Shown piece after piece: positions 62,865-64,000 of a DNA stretch of 64,000 bases. How positions within the stretch are numbered: the first letter of the stretch is position 1; each line of letters starts with the position of its first letter. A model generated the notes under the pieces. The model worked only from the letters and a program-made list of their open reading frames with translations, was not told where the DNA came from and made no database searches. The position numbers were made by a program, and so were the translations under genes. The stretch lies in NCBI RefSeq assembly GCF_009914755.1, contig NC_060947.1. The stretch is one strand, 5' to 3'. This DNA comes from the human T2T-CHM13v2.0 reference genome, Homo sapiens.

Positions 62865-64000
62865 CTACCTTTTCCCCACCTTTAAAAGACCTGAATGAAG
62901 TTTTCTGCCAAACTCCGTGAAGCCACAAGCACCTTATGTCCTCCCTTCAGTGTTTTGTGGGCCTGAATTTCATCACACTGCATTTCAGCCATGGTCATCA
63001 AGCCTGTTTGCTTCTTTTGGGCATGTTCACAGATTCTCTGTTAAGAGCCCCCACCACCAAGAAGGTTAGCAGGCCAACAGCTCTGACATCTATCTGTAGA
63101 TGCCAGTAGTCACAAAGATTTCTTACCAACTCTCAGATCGCTGGAGCCCTTAGACAAACTGGAAAGAAGGCATCAAAGGGATCAGGCAAGCTGGGCGTCT
63201 TGCCCTTGTCCCCCAGAGATGATACCCTCCCAGCAAGTGGAGAAGTTCTCACTTCCTTCTTTAGAGCAGCTAAAGGGGCTACCCAGATCAGGGTTGAAGA
63301 GAAAACTCAATTACCAGGGTGGGAAGAATGAAGGCACTAGAACCAGAAACCCTGCAAATGCTCTTCTTGTCACCCAGCATATCCACCTGCAGAAGTCATG
63401 AGAAGAGAGAAGGAACAAAGAGGAGACTCTGACTACTGAATTAAAATCTTCAGCGGCAAAGCCTAAAGCCAGATGGACACCATCTGGTGAGTTTACTCAT
63501 CATCCTCCTCTGCTGCTGATTCTGGGCTCTGACATTGCCCATACTCACTCAGATTCCCCACCTTTGTTGCTGCCTCTTAGTCAGAGGGAGGCCAAACCAT
63601 TGAGACTTTCTACAGAACCATGGCTTCTTTCGGAAAGGTCTGGTTGGTGTGGCTCCAATACTTTGCCACCCATGAACTCAGGGTGTGCCCTGGGACACTG
63701 GTTTTATATAGTCTTTTGGCACACCTGTGTTCTGTTGACTTCGTTCTCCAAGCCCAAGTGCAAGGGAAAATGTCCACCTACTTTCTCATCTTGGCCTCTG
63801 CCTCCTTACTTAGCTCTTAATCTCATCTGTTGAACTCAAGAAATCAAGGGCCAGTCATCAAGCTGCCCATTTTAATTGATTCACTCTGTTTGTTGAGAGG
63901 ATAGTTTCTGAGTGACATGATATGATCCACAAGGGTTTCCTTCCCTGATTTCTGCATTGATATTAATAGCCAAACGAACTTCAAAACAGCTTTAAATAAC

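Larger units (their letters stand above)
61693..64000 (+). other. AR: AR 3' UTR, proximal part
   Basis: Follows the stop codon; the AR UTR is known to extend several kb beyond this window. Confidence 0.92.

Overview
Primate, almost certainly human, X-linked androgen receptor (AR) locus on the + strand. The window covers the distal part of intron 2, exons 3-8 (second zinc finger, hinge, ligand-binding domain; the translation matches human AR as I know it, with no hotspot substitutions) and the first 2.3 kb of the 3' UTR. The known cryptic exons and alternative acceptors behind the truncated AR variants can be placed to the base: 2b/CE4, AR23, V11, CE1/V1, V8, CE2/V5/V6, CE5/V9 and CE3/V7. Introns are rich in antisense LINE-1, Alu, MIR, L2, MLT and MER elements, and most ORFs in the supplied track are L1 remnants or noise. 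Best leads: (1) an antisense full-length L1PA 1.6 kb upstream of exon 4 whose ORF0 has an intact ATG and a GT donor exactly in frame with exon 4, predicting a 327-aa ORF0-AR hinge/LBD chimera; (2) a 301-bp near-perfect inverted duplication at 7683-8354 whose history is readable from a flipped target-site duplication; (3) a perfect consensus estrogen response element overlapping a strong, possibly unannotated acceptor just past the AR-V7/V9 poly(A) signal; (4) a third in-frame CE1 acceptor; (5) complementary microsatellites that could form a hairpin in intron 7. Literature links are from memory and need checking.
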